Source of the DNA: Tubiluchus corallicola
Lineage: Eukaryota; Animalia; Priapulida
Assembly: GCA_030141605.1 (NCBI GenBank)
Contig: JAQGDQ010000192.1
Span: forward strand, 1 to 64,000
Length of the DNA: 64,000 bases
Direction of reading: 5' to 3'
Shown here: positions 1 through 14,793 of the stretch, piece by piece
How positions within the stretch are numbered: position 1 is the first letter of the stretch
Layout of the letters: each line of letters opens with the position of its first letter
Program-made: the position numbers and the translations under genes
Notes under the pieces: generated by a model
Databases searched by the model: none
Told to the model about the DNA's origin: nothing
The model's input: only the letters and a program-made list of their open reading frames with translations

Positions 1-16
1 AACTTTTTCGGATTTC

Positions 17-60
17 CTGTCTTTCAAGTTTGGTATCAAAATTTAATTAATTGTGGATTC
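17..60 (+). repeat. Fragment of a second copy of the 20832-21329 element family at the window edge
   Basis: ctgtctttcaagtttggtatcaaaatttaattaattgtgga matches 21175 onward (ctgtctttcaagtttggtgtgacaatttattaagtgtgaga). Confidence 0.65.
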
Positions 61-3000
61 GTTTCATCGCAAAAGTATAAATGTTGCCTTTTTATTACTA
101 CCGAAGTTTTTATCACGCGATTAAGTCAGTAAAAGAAATTAATAATAACAATTATTGCAGTTCTTTCGAATTAAATTTAAGGTTTTAAAATTGGACTAAT
201 CGATAGTTACCTAATGCGTAAAACGCGGAAGTTATCACAGTTTTTGGTACAAAGTAAAACAAGAAGGCAGTCGTATACGCCAGGCAAATTTTAAACAGAT
301 AATGGACAAGCAGAGTGAGAGAAAGTCGATACAAATCCTGTTACAGCCCTTGCAATCCCAGCTACATCTCTTCACATTAACAACTTCATTGTAAATTGAG
401 TAAGCGCCAACTTAGTTTAGATTATATTGAAATTGGAAACTCCCGTAAGAACTGCAGCGCGGGGAGAATACCGCAAACAGCCTCCAATCAAGTCACGCGA
501 CAAAAACGCAAAAAGCTGGATATTTAGGGATGTCAAAACAGGAGTCGGTGACGTCAATGCAGCTGGAGTTTAGCAACCATGTGCAAATAGTGTTTCTCCT
601 GAAAGCTGCTCGGGTAAATATTAACTGCAGAAACTCGAGCGCACAGATAAAGCAGCAAGTATAACCAAAATGATTACGGGCAAACCCAAAACGAGGAGGA
701 TCCCAGTTATGCAGGCAAAGACCGAACAAAATTAAACTCTAGCCAATAAGCCGTGGTGTTATAAAACAAACGGGAATCTTCAACGCAAGAGAATCTCAAT
801 ACAAGCAACGAAGCCGCGACAATCGCAAGTTCCACACAACTAAAAGTTGCGTTGTTTTAGTGGTGCGCCTTGTCCACTAAGTAATCACGACTACACTAAT
901 CGAGTGCGCAGTCCAAGTCGCTTCAATGTTCATTTCATGTTGACAAACCCCACTCACTGATCCAAACTTGCATTAGAAACGTCAAACACGCCAGCAAGTC
1001 AATTTAAAATTCCAAATAGCTTTTCCCCAGTGTGAACGCGTAAGATGCACTGTTAGTGGTAATTATTTGTAGCTGATGGATAAAAAACAACCTGTTAACT
1101 GCGAGTCATCAGAAACTTGTGTAAATTTTGCTCGATTTAGTGTAAAGGGAAAAAAACAATATAAGATTTCAGAGTTCTGGTAATCGGGTCTCATGGAAAA
1201 GAGAAAAGGCTAGGTATCTGCAGGCGTCTCTTTTTTCTAGTATTCGCCTCAGAAGATGCCAAACATTCAAGTATAACGGTTACTTTTAAGATAAATGCGA
1301 CAATGTTAGTAGTTAATCTTCAAGTCCCGCGAGAGAGCTTACCGCCTGTCTATCATAGGACCTCACAGACCAGCCAACCAGACAACAAGCCTAACAAAAG
1401 ATTGCCATCACCAAATTAAAAAGGAAGCGTCAAAAGAAAGTGATTTGGTGACAATGAGACGAACCGAAAGAAATGGGAAGACATCAAGCGGTAGAAAGGC
1501 AAAGGCAGGGAACATTGGAGTGTAGCTAAAAAGAGATACAGGTGGTAAGGGCAGAGGGAAAGGGCCACAAGTGGAAAAATAGCAAAACTGGTACATTTGT
1601 GTTTCTAACGATCCACTTTTCCCTCTTTCTATTTTCGCCCTTCGTCCTATGCCAAATTTATCAATACCATTATCACCTGTGCTACCTTTACCTGTTCCTA
1701 ACTTACCGTGCACCGGAAGACTAAAGTTGATGCGATAAAGTGGGGAAATAAGAAAACAACAAAAAAAAAATCAAAATAGAGCGAGAAGGAAAAGTTGAAG
1801 ACATGGATGTAATGGGATGACTCAGAAACTAAAATAAAGAAAAAACTAAAGTTTTAGAGCATTAAAACTAAGACAGGCAAAAAACTAAGTGCAAAGAATG
1901 GTATTAGGGTGAATCAAAATATACATAATAGCATAGCATAATCAAAGCAAATAAATGGAAACTTGAAACAATTTAGATATAATGACAGAAGTTCATAACG
2001 TCTACAACAACTTTATTTATAGTGGATATAATTATTAAGAGCGTTATGAAAAATGAAGACCACTGTCTTTTTTGCAATAGGATTTGTGCGTTTTGAAACT
2101 GATAAAGCTAGCCTACCACCGCTACAGACTTACAGTCAGAAGAGCGATTACAACCGCATGCAATAAAACGATTAAATCAAAAGACAAAAATATTATCAGT
2201 CGTATATTTGCAATGGTTTTAAGTGGGAAAACATTTTATTGGCGGTTGCGCACGTCAACTGTGTGCTAAATGCTCCCCAGGGTTGTGCGTGCCGTAGCCA
2301 CGTAGAAATGGCACGTGACGCGTTGAAAATAACAACAATCTCAACATCATTATCACAGTGGAATTAGCGCTATAGAGACGCAAAAATCTCCAAAGAGCTA
2401 GCTTTAAATTAACATTTAATCAATGTTAGGTTTCTCGTCCTTAACTGCAAGTATTCTGGGCAATTTACAAGCAAGAAAATGGGGCCCATCCTTGCCTACA
2501 AGCTCCAAAAAGCCGCATGCACAAGATGCATAATTACATCACCCGCCGCACTGTCTTAAACGTCAACCAACACAAGTCTGGGCAATAATTACTCTCTAGG
2601 GACAGCACTACAGCATTACTCATGCCAAGCAGATTAAATACACGTTTGTATATTGTCAGGTGACAATTATTATGAAAATACACCCTCTCTTTAACTGCCA
2701 GAAATTAGTGTTAGGACCTACAAACCATATAAAGATGTTATAGGACAAAGACAAAGATACTGTTAAGACAAAAACTTGTGTTTAAGGACCTAGGTAAAGT
2801 CTTTTTTGTGGTTCTCGGAAGTTATATTGGAAGGTAATAATAAATTGGGGAAAATTAAGATTTTCGCCAAGGCTAAATAGAAAAACATTACAAATTAAGG
2901 CACCCACTGAAAGAAATATTAGTTTCGTCAATTCTTTCTACAAAAATACGTTCTTGAAAACATTGACACTTCTAGCTGATAGGCCATAGCATAACTTTGC

Positions 3001-6000
3001 AAAGGAAAAGTAGGGCAAAGTCAACTCATGCTGCACCTGTTTAATAAATCGATGGGTAATCATTGGGAAAACTGGGCGGTTTGAACTACTATGCTGCCCA
3101 CACTAAATACACTCCCCGAGGGAAAATGTAAACGCACCTGAACGTCAACGTGTTCAAGTCACCCCTACCACCAGATAAATACACAAACAACTACTACTCA
3201 CCTTAATACAATAAACTGAAACTCTAAAAAACTCAAACCAGGCCTAGGCTTTATAAAGGCGTCAAATCAATGGAAGGAAATGTAAAGTAGGTTTTCAATG
3301 ACTGAACTATTTTTTTCCGATAGTAAATTTACACAGAATAAATAAATTATGTGCAACTGCTACAATGAATAACGGCTAGTGCCAGGTGCTACTCAATAAT
3401 AAATAACACAGAATACACGTATTGCACATACACGAAGAAAAATTTTGCAAGTAATGCTCATTGATACTCGAGTCTGCTTACACACCGGAAGCTAATATAG
3501 GTCCTACATAAAAAATTTTTATACAAATTGTCCCAAAAAAGCCAATGACCGCTCAAGAGAAGAGGTTACAGCAGAATGTTCAGATCTATAGGAACTAATT
3601 TGGCTAGAGGTGACTCTCTTGATGATCTTTCAGGACGTAGTTTTCTTACAGTAAAATGAGCAGACGAGATGATCGATCACAAATAACAAGTTCATTTATT
3701 AATATAGACTTGTTCTAGAAAAACTTTTTTAAGTGGCAGCAGTACTGAAAATTTGAAAAGAGCAGACGTTAAGCTACACTTCCACTCCTTAAAGAATGAA
3801 TATTGATGAGGTAATAAATGCTAGGTATCATCATTCTTAGCATTACCTTTCTTGTTTAAAAGGAATTAAACTAACGCTCTGTTATTTCTAGGTATCTAGG
3901 TATTTCTAGGTAAAAATCATCAGGCGAGAAATGCCGAGAACATAAGGTCTTCTTAAATAATAACCACAGCTGGAGGCAGAGCTCAGTTTTTAAGGACACC
4001 TTTTTACCTTTCACAATTTACCTCTAACTGGCGAATATGTTGAGTTGAGTAAAATTATGCACTAACAAGCGCGGTTGACTGATTGCTGATTACAAACAAT
4101 TTCTCAAAGGAAAAAACATTGTAAACCTCCTTGCACCAACCGAAATCAACGCATTTAATCCCACGAAGTTTATTATAACAAATTTTGATACGTAGAAAAC
4201 TAAGCCTGTGATAGACCAAAATCAAATGAAGTGATTAATGTTTCAGCATTAGCGCTGTCAGAATAGACGGAGATAAGTCTTTAGCAAACAGTGAAACATC
4301 TGTAATTAAATGACAATTTACAGTGTAATATATGGAGACGAGATTTGCGCAACTAGCTAGCACAAATATCACAAAGTTTGAAGATTTTTAGGTCTTTCTA
4401 GCGGCCCGGCACATAGTACCACTGAACTATTCAAAACTATGGTAATGATAATTGCGCTTTTATAATTTTTGAGCGGAGTTAATTTTTAAGAATTAAAATG
4501 GTGAATTACAGTTTCAATTACAGTAAAGAAAGCAGTGAAACAGTTCTGCTCTTACAAGACTTAAACTTCAGGTCTCCCAAGTGAATGGAAGATGGAATAG
4601 AAGACGGTTAAAGAATTAGATGAACTAATGTCTACGTTTTTAATGTCTATCCCACTAGTGAAAATTTGGCAGTCTTTCTTCCGCAGCAAATGAAATGAAT
4701 GGAGATTCAAGTTCGTCATAAAAACTAAATCTTTATAAACACCTCAGATTAACAAAACTCTCTTGCTCAGATTAATAAAATCATCCTGCAGTAAATCTTT
4801 CTATGTCTATAGTTCACAGCAGACTAGCAAGTCTGTATGCAAACTTAACGACAATCCTGCAAGGTAGAGCCAAGTACTGTATAAATCCCCCACGTAATAG
4901 AAAACTGGCAAATATGATTGATTTATACGTGTGTTATATACGATATTAGAGTAATAATCGAGTAATTGGTAGCTAACAGCTAAGCAGTAAATTACATTAA
5001 AAAGGAAAAGGCTTAGCGACGATGAAGGCAACAGACAAAGCGAATCGTACAAGCGCGGCACAAAAGGATGGGAGGACCGTCGCAAAAGATGAAGATGCTG
5101 ACTATCATTCGACTACCAGAAAACTCTACACGCTAACTAACAAACAAGCTCTATTCACTCAAATGTGATTGCTTTCTTTGCCAGACGTTATTACATAATA
5201 CCTATATTAAAAATACCAGTTACACCAGTTCAGGCAGTTAAAAATATCATTTCATTGGTATGTAGATAGTTATAAAATGGCATTCATCTACTGCGAAATT
5301 GTACTGAATGCATTTTTAATGTTTTTAGTTCGAACTAACACTTTGTGCATGCAACTTCAGGTGAAAAAATTGTTTCACCCTCAAACTACACATTGTTCTG
5401 CGCAAAGCACTTTTAATTGCAAAATAAGAAACGTTTGAATATTTTTTTATGATTTTATGATTCATAATCCTAGTTAATGTAACGTTCAATTTCTCATGTT
5501 TTTGTGTTATTTCGTAGAACGTTTTATACGGTGAACTACAGACATACTACAGTCCTGTACCCCCGCAGTTATTAAGCCATGCACCTCCCTCACTCTTTCT
5601 ACTGCTTATCTCATCACTGCCTCGCACAGCTTGATTAACCCATACATGTCAGGCAAAAACCTCAACAGCAAATCAATCAGCATCCCAGCTGGCAATATTT
5701 GGGCATTAATTCACTTCCACTGACCAGCATAATAATTAAGTCAATCAAGGATTTACTTGCACTATCCCACACGAATGTTTGCGGACATTTAATGCCAGCT
5801 GAACAGCTTTGGACATTGTCCCTTTAATGCCAAAGCTGCTCAGCCGTTGTGGACAGCGTCCATTTATCGCCAGTGCAGGCCAGAAAATAAAACGTTTATC
5901 AAAGGCTTTGGCCGTCATAGATTATGAATACTTCCGTTTTTAAATTCTGGTTTTTGTTTTATTTTGTTCTGCTTTCTTCTTTTATTGTTATTTACTTATA

Positions 6001-9000
6001 TTATTTATTTGGAACAGAATAATAATTACTGCAGTTCAATTTGCTAGACACACAATTACAGACAAGGGCAATTAAAAACAAGACATGTTATTTTTTGTAA
6101 CTATTACTAAATAATTACTTCACATCATACTTTACACTTGATATCTGAATTGTTTTTATACAAAGACCAAACATAGCCACCAAAAGGAAGGCTACACTTG
6201 AAAGTGTTAAGCATCAGAGAAATGGTTCAAAAGTATTTCCTATAATAGTTCTGCTGATGAGTAATAGATGTCGCCACCTATACATGAAACATTCTTTATA
6301 GAATGCCCATCAACTATCAATAGTTTGCTCCCAATCCTTACTACATTGGGACTACAGAAAATTAGTCCTGCCCTATGAAAAATGTCCGTTCTAAAATGAA
6401 ATGAACTTTACGGTTTAACTTCAAAACGAACAACTACTAATTTCAAATTGATGAGTTTAACAGTTAGCCCCGATGTTTAACAACAGTGCTTATTAAATAC
6501 CGTAGAAACCTATACCGACTTTACATGTTTCAAATCAAGTTCTTTTTTGTAAAGAAAGCAATTATGTTTAACCGAACAAGAACAAATCGATAGTTTTCAT
6601 CTTCGAGTTAATTTTTTACGGAGACACCTGTCCTCTTTTGCCACCTGCGCGCTTGCAGGCGATGCGCTGACATAGTCATTTCCGTTATCAAGTTGAATTA
6701 ATCCATGTTTCTCTCAATCACGTACTTAATCAACCAGGTCAGTTTTGAATGAAAATAGCGATTCACAGGGTTATTTCTGCATAAATTCCCAGACATTCAG
6801 AGCAGAAAATCACCAGGGAGCGATCAGAAAACTGCACAATTTTCATCGATTATCCTCACAGCTCTGAGCTGCACGTGCTAATTAAAACGACATTGTTGGA
6901 AAACAAAACGTCACTAAAACGCCGCATTCACGGCTTTTCTGAAAAATTCTCAGTGCCTTTGATGGGCAGGAATTTCTCGTGTGTCAAAATGCACGCCTGC
7001 GAATGACAACAACTAGATTGTGAATATGTAAAAGGCAAATGTCAAGACATTATGGCAGCGCAAATCACCCCGCAGGCTAAGCACTGTATTGTTTGTGTCG
7101 GAACAATTTTATTGAAGTGTGCGGAAAAACTAATACGCTTATCCGCATAACATAATGCTTAAATACGTAATCCAAATTAACCTGAACTGCAATCAGTAAA
7201 CCTTATTCATATTTTACAGCATAAAAGATTTGGGCAGAATCAGGTTCAACAAACATACTATGAATTTTATTATCATCTTGTTTTTATTATCATTATTAGG
7301 GATCATTTCTCGTGATCTTGAGTCATAAAGCTTCTTCTTCCCCCCAAAATTGCCAAACGCTAGTATTTACTATTTTTAAAAATTAAGTACTACATGTATA
7401 TGAAATTACAAAAAGAAATTCATTATAAATTCTTGTTTTTGCCCATGTAAAACTGTTTTAAAAAATTAAATATTTTTTTGGAATTGGCATATCCGTTTTA
7501 TATCGAACCAGAAAATATTTCAAGTAACTTAGCTATTTCGCCTTAGTAGGATGCAATCATCATATACAACCAATTGCAACAGTGGTATTTAAACAGCTAT
7601 TGTTTGCAAATTTTAGTTTCCCAAAGCAAAAACACAAAGCCCATTCCTTTTTGCTTGGAAGTTTATGCTAAGGCGGGTTAACACAATGTGAAAACAACAT
7701 AAGTTAAAATGAAAAGAGCATAATAACTGATACCAGAATTCTGAACCCAGAATTCTTAAACCAGAATTGAAACCAAAGCACAGACTAAAATTCAAAGTTT
7801 TACTCTTCTATTCCTGTAAAGTTTGTAATCTCTAACTTCATGACCTATTTGAATCCAATTACAATCCTACGTGTAGAAATCTGCATCGCTACAACGGAAG
7901 TACGCAAATCAACAGAAAAATGCTTATGAGAAATATAACATCAATTTTTAAAAAGATCATACAAAAATGTTCCAGTCATACGCATTGCTAGTTGCTACTG
8001 CATCACGTCACGAACATCTATAATTTCATGTTCAAGTTCAGACCTCAAAGACTCACAAAGCGCATACTCTAACTGAGACAAAAATAAACCAAAAAGTATC
8101 CGGCAACGAAATATTAGCAGTTTCAACTAAGACGATGATTACGTAACCATAGCTACAACACAGTGAAGATAATGGAAACATGAAAACGACATACGCCCGC
8201 AATAACATTGTGTTATTATTACTTTCTGAGGGATCTGTTCTTATAAGGGTATTATAACGCTAATTACAAGTTACTCTGCCTATGCAGCCGTGTACGTACA
8301 GATAATTTATGAATTTGTTCCTCTGTGCAAAAGTTTTCCTGTAATTCGTCTGCCCATTCAAAAAATTTGGACGTATACTTATCGGGAAAGAGTACACTGT
8401 TTATATAACAGAGGGCAACATGAAAGAGTAGACGGGCAATATGAAAGACCCTACCCGATATTATTTCTATTAGCGCAAGTGTAAGTACATATACATGCTT
8501 TGAAGCCATTTTGACGTCTCTTGTTCAAAAGAACTCTTGTTTACTACAGGCAATGTTTTCTTTTTTGCTTGCTTATAACAGACATTGAGAACCATTGAGA
8601 ACTTAAGTGGCACACTTGTGCATGTATCCCATTTCGCTAACGTTCTAGTAATAATAAAAATATAGGCCAGGATAAGCAACCCACTCAGGAAGTCTATTGT
8701 CCAATTCCAGAAGAACTGCAGCGATCATTAAATGCCTATATAACCCCAACAGACACTGAAGTTTTTTTAACACAATTATGATTACACAAAGAATTCATAA
8801 TTACATATTATTAAACAAAAGAGACTTACAAATTAAATAGTTTACCTTTTTCTGGTGAATTTCGAACGCGTGCATTGCCATAAATATCGCTTTGTTTGGC
8901 ATCTTTGACGCGGTGAGCGAGAATGACGTACGTACTACAGAAAGCGCCTTTGGTTACCGATATTTGGTGACCTCGTGACTGCACTCATAACGTCATTCGT

Positions 9001-11057
9001 CTCGAGCAACGAAAAACTGCGGTTCTTCAATTTTAATACTGCTAACAACGAAGTTGCAAAAAATCAAAAGAAACAAGTTTTACAGTAAGTTCATAATAAA
9101 ATAAATTGAATATTCGTACTGTGAGAGTAGGACTTTAGTTGTAAAAGCTTATATTATTGTGCGGGTTTAGTTAGACTTATACATAAATTATATACGAACA
9201 ACAAGGTCTGATGAAGCAGTACTTAAATAACTTAACTTTGATATCGAAGAAATAGAGACATGAGCATCTGAGCTATTAACGATAACTAATGACAATGGGA
9301 AAACAAGTCTGGCAAGCCGCGCAAGTAAACAGACTTCTTTTTTCAATGCAAAAAACCAAAAATGCTGTCACCATGTCTCCAGAATTAAAACTGTGAAAGC
9401 AAAATAAGCATAAGCCAGGAAAAAATTTGGTTACAAGAAAAAACACCATAACAGAGAAGTAGCTCACAAACTTCCAAAGAAGCAGCAAAATCTCTTAAAG
9501 TCTTGATACTACCAAAAGGTGTGCAGAGATTGCTGAATACTCATGACATCGACACTGTGGAACCGACGTGGTAGCAGCCAATGCACGAATATTATTTCGA
9601 ACTTTGTAGCTTTTTAAATTGTTGGTAATAAGTTCGACCTACAAGCTTAAATCACATTATTGACCAAGCTAATTCACATGATACTTAAAAAAAACTTTTT
9701 CAATAGTTTCAACAATGTCTCTGTAAAAACACAAGAACCTAATGCCTTGTTGATAACAGTGCCTGGATCATAGTCTGGCGTGAACGAGTTCACTGTTCAA
9801 GGATAGAAATAGTACAAAACTTAAAAAGCTAAATCTAGTATTTATATGAAACATTCGTAGGTACCAGAAGGACAGGGTATGCCAAAATACAAACAAAATC
9901 ACTCTTCCTTTCCTATAAAGCGAATTGAGCCAACTGTAAGATCTTTTTAAGGAATGCACGCTTTTCTGTGTGTAAGAGGACGAGATTACTTTCGAATTAC
10001 AAACAAAAAATGCCATCATAGCCTCGCAGAACTAATATAGAGTTACTTAACCCCAAGAGCAGGTTAAAAATACGTACTCTTCTTAACTATTAGCTGAATG
10101 ACCGATTAAGACATACAGTTTAACTTGACTTAAACGGCTAGGACATTGCCTAACTATAAGGCCTAAGGGCTAAGCTGGCTGTGTAACCCTAAACTATAAC
10201 TGTAAATATACATATAAATGGTGGCACTAACTTGCCCATTTTGCCATTTTGGGCGTGCCATCACAACGAACTTTTCGTAACTGACGGAGCTCGGTGATTT
10301 TCAGTAGTCAGCGCCTCAACTGTCAATACAATGGAAATGTGACGACATAATCAAATAACGCTAGGGAAAAATAAACAACGCAGTGAAAACACTGAATTCT
10401 CTATGTTTATTATTAGTTTGGCTTGAAATTTTGTGGTAGTTTCGCAATTTGTCGAAGAACCTCTTCCTCTCAAAACTTTTTCAGTTATTATACGGCTAAA
10501 AGAAATATCAATAACATTCCAAAATTGTTATTTTTAACTACGGCCTTCGTGCAAATGTAATATGGCATCGTATTTATTCGTCATGTGAAAAGGAAGTAAG
10601 GGAAAAAGTTGAATATCTAAAGTTTCATTTTGTTTGGTTAACACATCTTTTGCTAAAAACAAAAAAATACTTCTGTAATATTTACTTAAAGTCATACGAA
10701 CCAGTAGCCACAAAAACACCAAGAAACAAATTCAAAGTTTAAAAAAATCGTGATATTAGAGAGTCCCAAGTAGGATAATCCACCAAAAAGAGAATCTAAC
10801 AATAGCAAGAAGAACCTACGTGTAATAGACGTCGACAAGATTGTTCGTAGAGAAGTCACTGTAAAGTGGCGAAGAATGGCACAAGCCGACCAACTATTAA
10901 CGTTTGTTGAAAAAATCGAAAGCTTTTTCCAATTCAAGCAGCGGCAGCAGTGAATCGCCCCAAGGGAAGACGAACCAGAGCAAAATCCAGTAGATAACAG
11001 AAACACGATAATTACAAAACAGTCGACTCAATACTGTTAGATCAAAAATTTGCAAGG

Positions 11058-11108
11058 GTGATGATGATGATCATGATGATGATAATGATCATGATGATGA
11101 TAATGATG
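11058..11108. repeat. (GAT)n imperfect microsatellite
   Basis: gatgatgatgatcatgatgatgataatgatc... Confidence 0.9.
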
Positions 11109-12049
11109 GCACAAGCGAGTGAGTGCAACAAAAATACTTAAACAGAAAGTAGCTTCAAGCTAAACTTTCTTTTAATGAAACCACGCGCAGAATATAATGC
11201 GAGTTCTGCCCGCTAGTAGAAAATTTAATGAGAGGGGTTGGGATTTGCCTAATTATTACCGGTGATCACTACATAAAAAAGGTATGCCTTTCAATGTACA
11301 TTAAATATACATTCAATATATGTTCAAGATGCGCTTATGATTTGCTTTTGAACATTTTAGTGCATTATTAGGTAGTCGTTGACACGTGTAAAAGCTCCAC
11401 AGACATTGATCTCAACTAGCATTTTCAATAGGTCTGTAATTTTGTATATTGACTATACATATACAAGGGGGCTTGTGGTGCATAAAGAGATGAACCACAC
11501 AAAGCAAATATTGTGTGCTTAGACTGAAAGTGTAAATTATAAACTTCAGCAACGGACCACATATCAAAACCAAGTGAGTGGCCAAGGGTCAGCATCGGGC
11601 ACAAGCAGGAAACATACAGACAGAGCAGAACGAATTGAGCTTTAAAGAGGTAAACTAATTCTGGCGTACACAGTTTGCGAATAAAAGTAAAACACATTTA
11701 GATAACTCGAGTCAGATTTTGCTAGCAACCAAGGCTAAGCGTGGGCAAGACAGATCAAGAAATGAAAGGAAACTCTCGTTCATAAATGCACTTCACGAGC
11801 CGTATAGTAAACATACAAACCTCCGTTCCCGACAAAATCAGCAGTCGGCAAATAAAACCCAAGGCAAAATGGGAATATTTTAACAATATTGTACAACGCC
11901 AGCACAGTTCATTGGGGCACCGACAGCACGGAGATTCGACATGACTAGAGAAATATATTTTCCAAGGTTGTTTCGGTTCATGAATGCATGCTTTTATCAG
12001 TGCTTAAAACTGGCAAGACAAGGCTTGTTCAGTATAATGAAATCATCAG

Positions 12050-12400
12050 AATTCAAATAATATTCTACAGGTGCTGCAAATTGGCCTTGGTAAGTAGCAA
12101 ACATCAAAAATTTCGACAAACTCCTGTATAAAGGCATAATCACATCCATCCAGAATGTGTTCCGATGGAATCCATAATGGAGTATGCAGTATGTGTGGTA
12201 AAGACACTACTGCTGCACATTCTGAATGTGTAGCACACATGCCTTTACAATCTATGCAGTAATAGAATGTTACTGGATGCACTGCAACCAATGTCTGGGT
12301 TACAACCAATTTACGTGGTCATCAAGTGACCGTGCTTAGAAGTAATGTGGTGACAACAAGTCCATATGTATGATGATGTGTATCCATATATATGAATGCC
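12050..12400 (+). mobile_element. Highly decayed LINE ORF2 remnant
   Basis: SIMEYAVCV and downstream WVTT..VTVL resemble the PxLEYAxxVW / ARxVxxxY..SSVTxML motifs. Confidence 0.3.
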
Positions 12401-12589
12401 AGGCCTCCTTGGCATGTGCTAATCTACAAAGATCATTGAACCTACCACAACTTGCTTCACTGGCCCACAAGAACCTACTGGCCCAACATACAAGCTTCAA
12501 AGATGTTCCCAGTACCTACGTTCACACAGTTGAAAACCTCTTTGCACACTCCATATATTGCAAAAGTTGCAAAGTAGTTAAGCACTTAC

Positions 12590-12682
12590 CCGTCCAAATT
12601 GTTCAAAGTAAGCTTTAAGGTCATCTACTATAGTGTTGGCTGACAAACCGCCCACAAAAATCTTCTTAGTGCGAGTTACCAT
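12590..12682 (-). CDS. msi: Musashi coding exon 6 ([31 protein letters not shown]), RRM2 start, 93 nt; gene continues towards or beyond the left edge
   Basis: ttttcag acceptor and gtaagt donor. [14 protein letters not shown] is diagnostic of Musashi. I could not find the next exon (xxDAMLMFDK...) in 1-12589. Confidence 0.97.
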
Positions 12683-13272
12683 CTGAAAAAAACAGAAAGT
12701 ATCTTTTAATCGTGTACTGCAACAAAAATCAGAGTAAGGAGTAGATCAAAGCTTATTCAAAATTTTCAATAATTAAGTGAAAATGTCAGACATATGAGAT
12801 GCACGTTTTTAATTACAAAGCAAAATGAAACAAAATCTAAACTCTAATAAGAGTGAATATTTATGCAGTAAAAAATTTAATCAAATCTACACCTAACTTA
12901 AAGATCGAACTAAAGAAACATAATGTCTTAATGAACTAATGCGATTAAATATTAACTTCACATTCAAATAAAACAATCGAAACCCACCACCTATTTGTTT
13001 AAGGTTTAATGTGGTTGGTTGGTGTCATTTAAGTTATTTGTTTATACAACTTCAACACAACACAATAAATGACGCATACGTATAACTATTAATTATTTAA
13101 AATTTTGTATATATACACGCTAAGTAACCGTTCACAAGATTTCAACAAGATCTGGGTCAGGGCCACTTCACCTGTGACCAGTTACGCAGAATATGATAAA
13201 AAATACTGCAAGAGGTATAAAGTTATCCAACCACAGACTTCATATAACTCGGGTGTTGTATAAAACATAACA

Positions 13273-13656
13273 CAGGGTTCCACAGAATTTTAAAATGAAT
13301 TTCCCTGACATTTCCATAACTTTTCCCTGACCAAATATTGATTTTCCATGACCAAGATAAGCAAAAACTGCATTACAAGTATACATATTCAAACACTTTT
13401 GTGTATGGACATTCATACATATACTGACATATGTGTCGGCACAGCTGCAGTAGTGCTAACGAAATTACAAATTTGGAAGCCTGCCATAGCAAAATTTTAT
13501 TTGAACACGAATCGCTGAAAAATATGTTTGGAAAAATATCGGTTCACTGTGATTATTTTTGCAACCCTTTCCAATTTCCCTGACTTTTCGCCCCATTTTC
13601 ATCATTTTCCCTGACTTTTATCAAATCATACTATTTCCCCGACTGTGGGAACCTTG
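13273..13656. mobile_element. MITE with CAGGGTTCC(C)ACAG termini and internal TTCCCTGAC direct repeats (hAT-like)
   Basis: cagggttccacag at the left end and ctgtgggaaccttg at the right end, with TTTCCCTGAC-type motifs clustered near both ends. No clear target-site duplication. Confidence 0.75.
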
Positions 13657-14555
13657 AACCTTAGCCTAAATGAATACAAAAAGACTAATCTGTTACTAAT
13701 ATGGAGTATATACTAATGTACTGTTTAAACTGCATGAATGAATTTTTAGGCACTCAGCAACACCCAACAAACAAAAAATGAAAATTTATATTTAATACAA
13801 ATATCCAGAACTAAAAATAGCAGTTAGCTATTAGCTATATGGATCAGAAAACTTGACTAAAACTTCCATGAGGAAAAGACACCATTAACAAGCTGAAGGA
13901 TTCTCCAGCACATGTTGCCGAGCACTTATTGTTATGCACACAGATTACTGTGTACAGTCTGGTCTGAGAAAATACATAGAACAAGCAATTGATCTGCATG
14001 CAATCAGCACGATGTGCCGACCATCCGGGATTAAATCACGACTATTTGCTCAGCAATACTCAGAAATTGATTACGCGACATTAATTGACTAGACGTGGTC
14101 GCCATAAACAGCAGAAAAACGGGAGTTGTCAACGGACAAGCTAAAATAATATACGAGGCAAAAGGGTTATTAGAATACCATCATGACCACGACCTTCCAC
14201 ACAAACTGTAGAAAATATGGCTAAGAGTACCTTTAGTGCACATCTCATAAGAGGCTTCTATTGGCAGCAAATGCAGTATGCCAAGTAAAAAAGTGTGTTC
14301 ATTGTTGGGGAGTAAAAGAACAAGTGTGATGGCTTGCGTTGTACACGTCTGCCAGAAAAAATGTCACACTCGTTAACAGCTCCTTTTCTAGTGGAAGTCT
14401 GCAAAAAGCTGCTATAGGAGAGTCCTCTGCTTGCAAGACACCCGGGAGAAAAGGTGTTTACATTGCAAGTTCTGTGCTAGTATAATCAACTGCAAGCTTG
14501 TAACGTTAATGCTCCTTTTTTGCACATATATACGTTTATACAAATTTCTAAAGTA

Positions 14556-14793
14556 TACGTCTTTATGTCCTTTCGCTTTTCATACTTCTCTTCCTCCCAC
14601 AAATCAACTTTTATTCTTGCACCTACACTTCGGCCTGACCTATACAAGTTTTCCTCTTGGACAGACCCGATAAATTATTAATCAACTTTATTATTTATAT
14701 GCACGTTTCTCTGTTTAGTTCTGTAATTATTTTCAACTTATCTATGTATTATTTCGTTATGGCAAGTAGGATAAATTAAACTACAAACTAAAC
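14556..14793 (+). repeat. LINE-type 3' UTR, copy 1, with (AAACT)-like tail
   Basis: Aligns with 17025-17283 through ttttattcttgcacctacactt, cttggacagacccgataa and tatctatgtattattt. Confidence 0.8.

Noticed and set aside
6250-9230. CTGATGA matches at about 6254 and 9208 (also minus strand near 35868) as hammerhead cores
   Set aside because: No stem II followed by GAAA at the required position.
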